DNA from: Bdellovibrionia bacterium
GTDB taxonomy: Bacteria > Bdellovibrionota > UBA1018
NCBI GenBank assembly: GCA_045805065.1
Contig: JBJMMA010000031.1
Coordinates: 1 to 17,516, forward strand
Reading direction: 5' to 3'
Length of the DNA: 17,516 nt
Shown: positions 15,332 to 17,516 of the stretch, piece after piece
Numbering within the stretch: position 1 is the stretch's first letter
Layout: each line of letters opens with the position of its first letter
The notes under the pieces: model-generated
The model's input: only the letters and a program-made list of their open reading frames with translations
Databases searched by the model: none
What the model was told of the DNA's origin: nothing
Position numbers and translations under genes: made by a program

Positions 15332-17515
15332 TCATTGCTGAACCACCATCTCCATCAGATTGAAGTTAGTCCAATCCGAGAAAACATCGAGACTATTGAG
15401 ACTCATCCCCTTACCCGCGTGCCCACCTATGGGAGGTAACTCAGCCAATCTCTCCGCGCGCATATATTTATGATACGCGCAGAAGCGAGTCTTGAATGGC
15501 TTCCCTTTCAGGTCTTTCGCAAGCTTTCCAACCTCGATTGAAAATGCAGGAGAGTTCGGACCGTCATAAAGAGGATCCAGATAGGCTTTCTCACAGATCG
15601 ATGGATCAAAGCCCGTAGGCCATTCATTGCCAGTGGCCAGAATCAAAGTACAAAGATGCCCGAGCACCTGACCATTGGCTCGACCTGAACCACGCGGAGG
15701 CTCACCTGCCTCGATCGCAGCTTTCTGGAGCATGAGAGCTGCTCGACTCAGATCCTTGCTGAAGAAGTTTCTGAACACGGTGATATTGCCCTGGGCGATA
15801 CTCATGGCACGACCAATATCGGCATTGAGCGCGCCATCGCTCTCGCCTTGTCCCGATTGAACCAGGCGATCCTTGAGCTCAGATCCGGCCAATTTGAGAA
15901 TCTCCGTTTGATCTTTCGGAAACTCGCCCTTTTTGATCTTTGCACTCAGATCCCATTCTACGATCCGAGAGATGCGATCAGAAAAAATCCCAAGACCGCG
16001 GTTGAGCTCGAGCTTGTGAAAAACTTCACCAATCCTTCTTATAGAAGGATCCTTGCTGGCGGAATCATCACCGGGGACAGGACTTGAAGGATCGAGCGCA
16101 GTCATCACTTCTTCAATCAGATGAATCGTCTCATCAAGATGCGGCTTGTAAGCTGGATTATTGAGGCTTCCCTTGGCTTTCAAGTCTCTGAGATACTCAA
16201 CCAGCATTTGAAGCACGTCATGAGGCGAAACATTGGTCGGCGAGCTCTCGTAGGCGTCTGCAATCAGAGAAGAAGGATTCGCGGTAATCGTTCGATTGAA
16301 CTCTGCCTCGACCCGAGATTTGACAGTTGCGTAGATCTGACCCCAATTTTCGAAAAGCTTGGTGAAAGTAATCTTGTTCTGCTCCAGAAGCCTGCGAATA
16401 TAAGGCTCGAGTCCCTCGTTGCTTGAGCTTTCCAAACACTTATCGCCGCTGACCATACCCATGACGAACCAACATGAGTAAATTTTAGGATCCATCGTGA
16501 GTTCAGTGAACGGAGTAGGTGTCGATGAACAATTCGAGCAGGACAAGCTCATGTTCATGACCAACATCACCTGATCCAGGATGGTTTTGACCATCTGATT
16601 GTTCTGCTGGGATTGAGGCGAATCATTGTAAGCCTCTTTGTCATCGCTCAAACTCGCGTACACACTGTTACGAGTTTTATCGACCGAGGCCATTTTATCG
16701 AGAATCGCATTTTGCTTTGCCGCAAGGCCAGGATCCGTTGGAGTGATGCCGTTTCTGACCTTGGAGAGCCATCCATTCAAAACCGGCATGCGCATGCTGA
16801 GAAGATCAATCCCACGCCAGATCGGAGCCGAATGATCAGCACCCCCGTTTTGAATACTGTTCTTCTTCAGCTCGATCAACTCGGAAGAATCCACTGCATC
16901 ACAGTAGAGTTCAGTCATCGATTCAAGCCCACAAGTGAGAGCAGTCGGCATCGCGGTTTGATGAAGCTGCCAGATCGCATCTTCCGTCGAGGACTGACTC
17001 GCGTAGTTCACACCGATTTCGAGCATTTGAGCGACCACGGTCAGCCCCGCGCCGTAAACCGGAGATGAAAAACTTCCACCCAATGCCAGAAGATTTCCCG
17101 CGATACCGACTGCAGCCTCTGGATGCGCCCTTAAGCATGCAGTCAGACCGCCTGCTTGCTGAGAGACAGTTACCGATTGAAGATATTGAGCAAGATCCGC
17201 AGTTGCACGAGCGTATCGATCTTTTTCAGTGACTGTTTGTGAAGCACGCTCCATAGCGCGCGATTGGTAGAGATCAAGCTGAGTCAGAATGAGTTGAGAC
17301 CGAAGCTGCGAGGCCAAATCCGAATTCGATGTCGAACTCTGGGAATCCACGGGCAGGTTCTGCAATGCCAGCGCAAGATCCTGAAGCTGCTCCTGATCGG
17401 CGCGGTACTTGAGAAACTGATCATCCTTCAAAAGCGCATTGGCCCTTGAGACCGCGTTCTGAACGGTCAGGATCGAGTCCAGGTAGGGCGCACAGGTCTT
17501 GTCTTTTGCGAGAGT
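15332..17515 (-). CDS. Large hypothetical, mostly alpha-helical protein (>727 aa), 5'-truncated; probably exported
   Basis: The frame stays open upstream of the track's TTG at 17431 to the window edge (TLAKDKTCAPYLDSILTVQNAVSRANALL...). It has many scattered Cys and one hydrophobic Gly-rich hairpin; no family recognised. Confidence 0.8.
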   Translation of the reverse strand, partial: TLAKDKTCAPYLDSILTVQNAVSRANALLKDDQFLKYRADQEQLQDLALALQNLPVDSQSSTSNSDLASQLRSQLILTQLDLYQSRAMERASQTVTEKDRYARATADLAQYLQSVTVSQQAGGLTACLRAHPEAAVGIAGNLLALGGSFSSPVYGAGLTVVAQMLEIGVNYASQSSTEDAIWQLHQTAMPTALTCGLESMTELYCDAVDSSELIELKKNSIQNGGADHSAPIWRGIDLLSMRMPVLNGWLSKVRNGITPTDPGLAAKQNAILDKMASVDKTRNSVYASLSDDKEAYNDSPQSQQNNQMVKTILDQVMLVMNMSLSCSNCSSTPTPFTELTMDPKIYSCWFVMGMVSGDKCLESSSNEGLEPYIRRLLEQNKITFTKLFENWGQIYATVKSRVEAEFNRTITANPSSLIADAYESSPTNVSPHDVLQMLVEYLRDLKAKGSLNNPAYKPHLDETIHLIEEVMTALDPSSPVPGDDSASKDPSIRRIGEVFHKLELNRGLGIFSDRISRIVEWDLSAKIKKGEFPKDQTEILKLAGSELKDRLVQSGQGESDGALNADIGRAMSIAQGNITVFRNFFSKDLSRAALMLQKAAIEAGEPPRGSGRANGQVLGHLCTLILATGNEWPTGFDPSICEKAYLDPLYDGPNSPAFSIEVGKLAKDLKGKPFKTRFCAYHKYMRAERLAELPPIGGHAGKGMSLNSLDVFSDWTNFNLMEMVVQQ

Positions 17516-17516
17516 G

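Noticed and set aside
11535..17516. Accessory block as a mobile element or prophage
   Set aside because: No integrase, transposase, phage genes, tRNA target or flanking direct repeats visible in the window.

Overview
A bacterial chromosomal window, most likely from a Bdellovibrionota/Oligoflexia-type organism. This is inferred from a TIGR02147-like regulator and large secreted proteins, one with a post-signal-peptide GNGG motif. It has three blocks. (1) Minus strand, 1-4039: a tightly coupled operon of a TIGR02757/DUF2400-like HhH-GPD-type protein, an O-antigen ligase-family protein, a GT4 glycosyltransferase and a UDP-glucuronate decarboxylase-like SDR. The SDR is missing from the ORF track and runs off the left edge. 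(2) Plus strand, 4139-11560: a housekeeping run of an exported/membrane hypothetical protein, carB, an 8-Cys small protein, greA, recG and a signal-peptide-bearing BCP peroxiredoxin. (3) Minus strand, 11535-17516: an accessory block. A TIGR02147-like HTH protein, with a probable leaderless sigma70 promoter and a GGGTAAC-N5-GTTACCC operator-like palindrome, lies 28 nt upstream of a 902-aa secreted protein (GNGG/HExxY N-domain plus about 15 FYxNG beta-repeats). Next come a perfect 32-bp palindrome and a 5'-truncated, mostly helical protein of more than 727 aa. The best candidate for an undescribed system is the operator + TIGR02147 regulator + secreted repeat protein cassette. No RNA genes, CRISPR arrays or mobile elements were seen.
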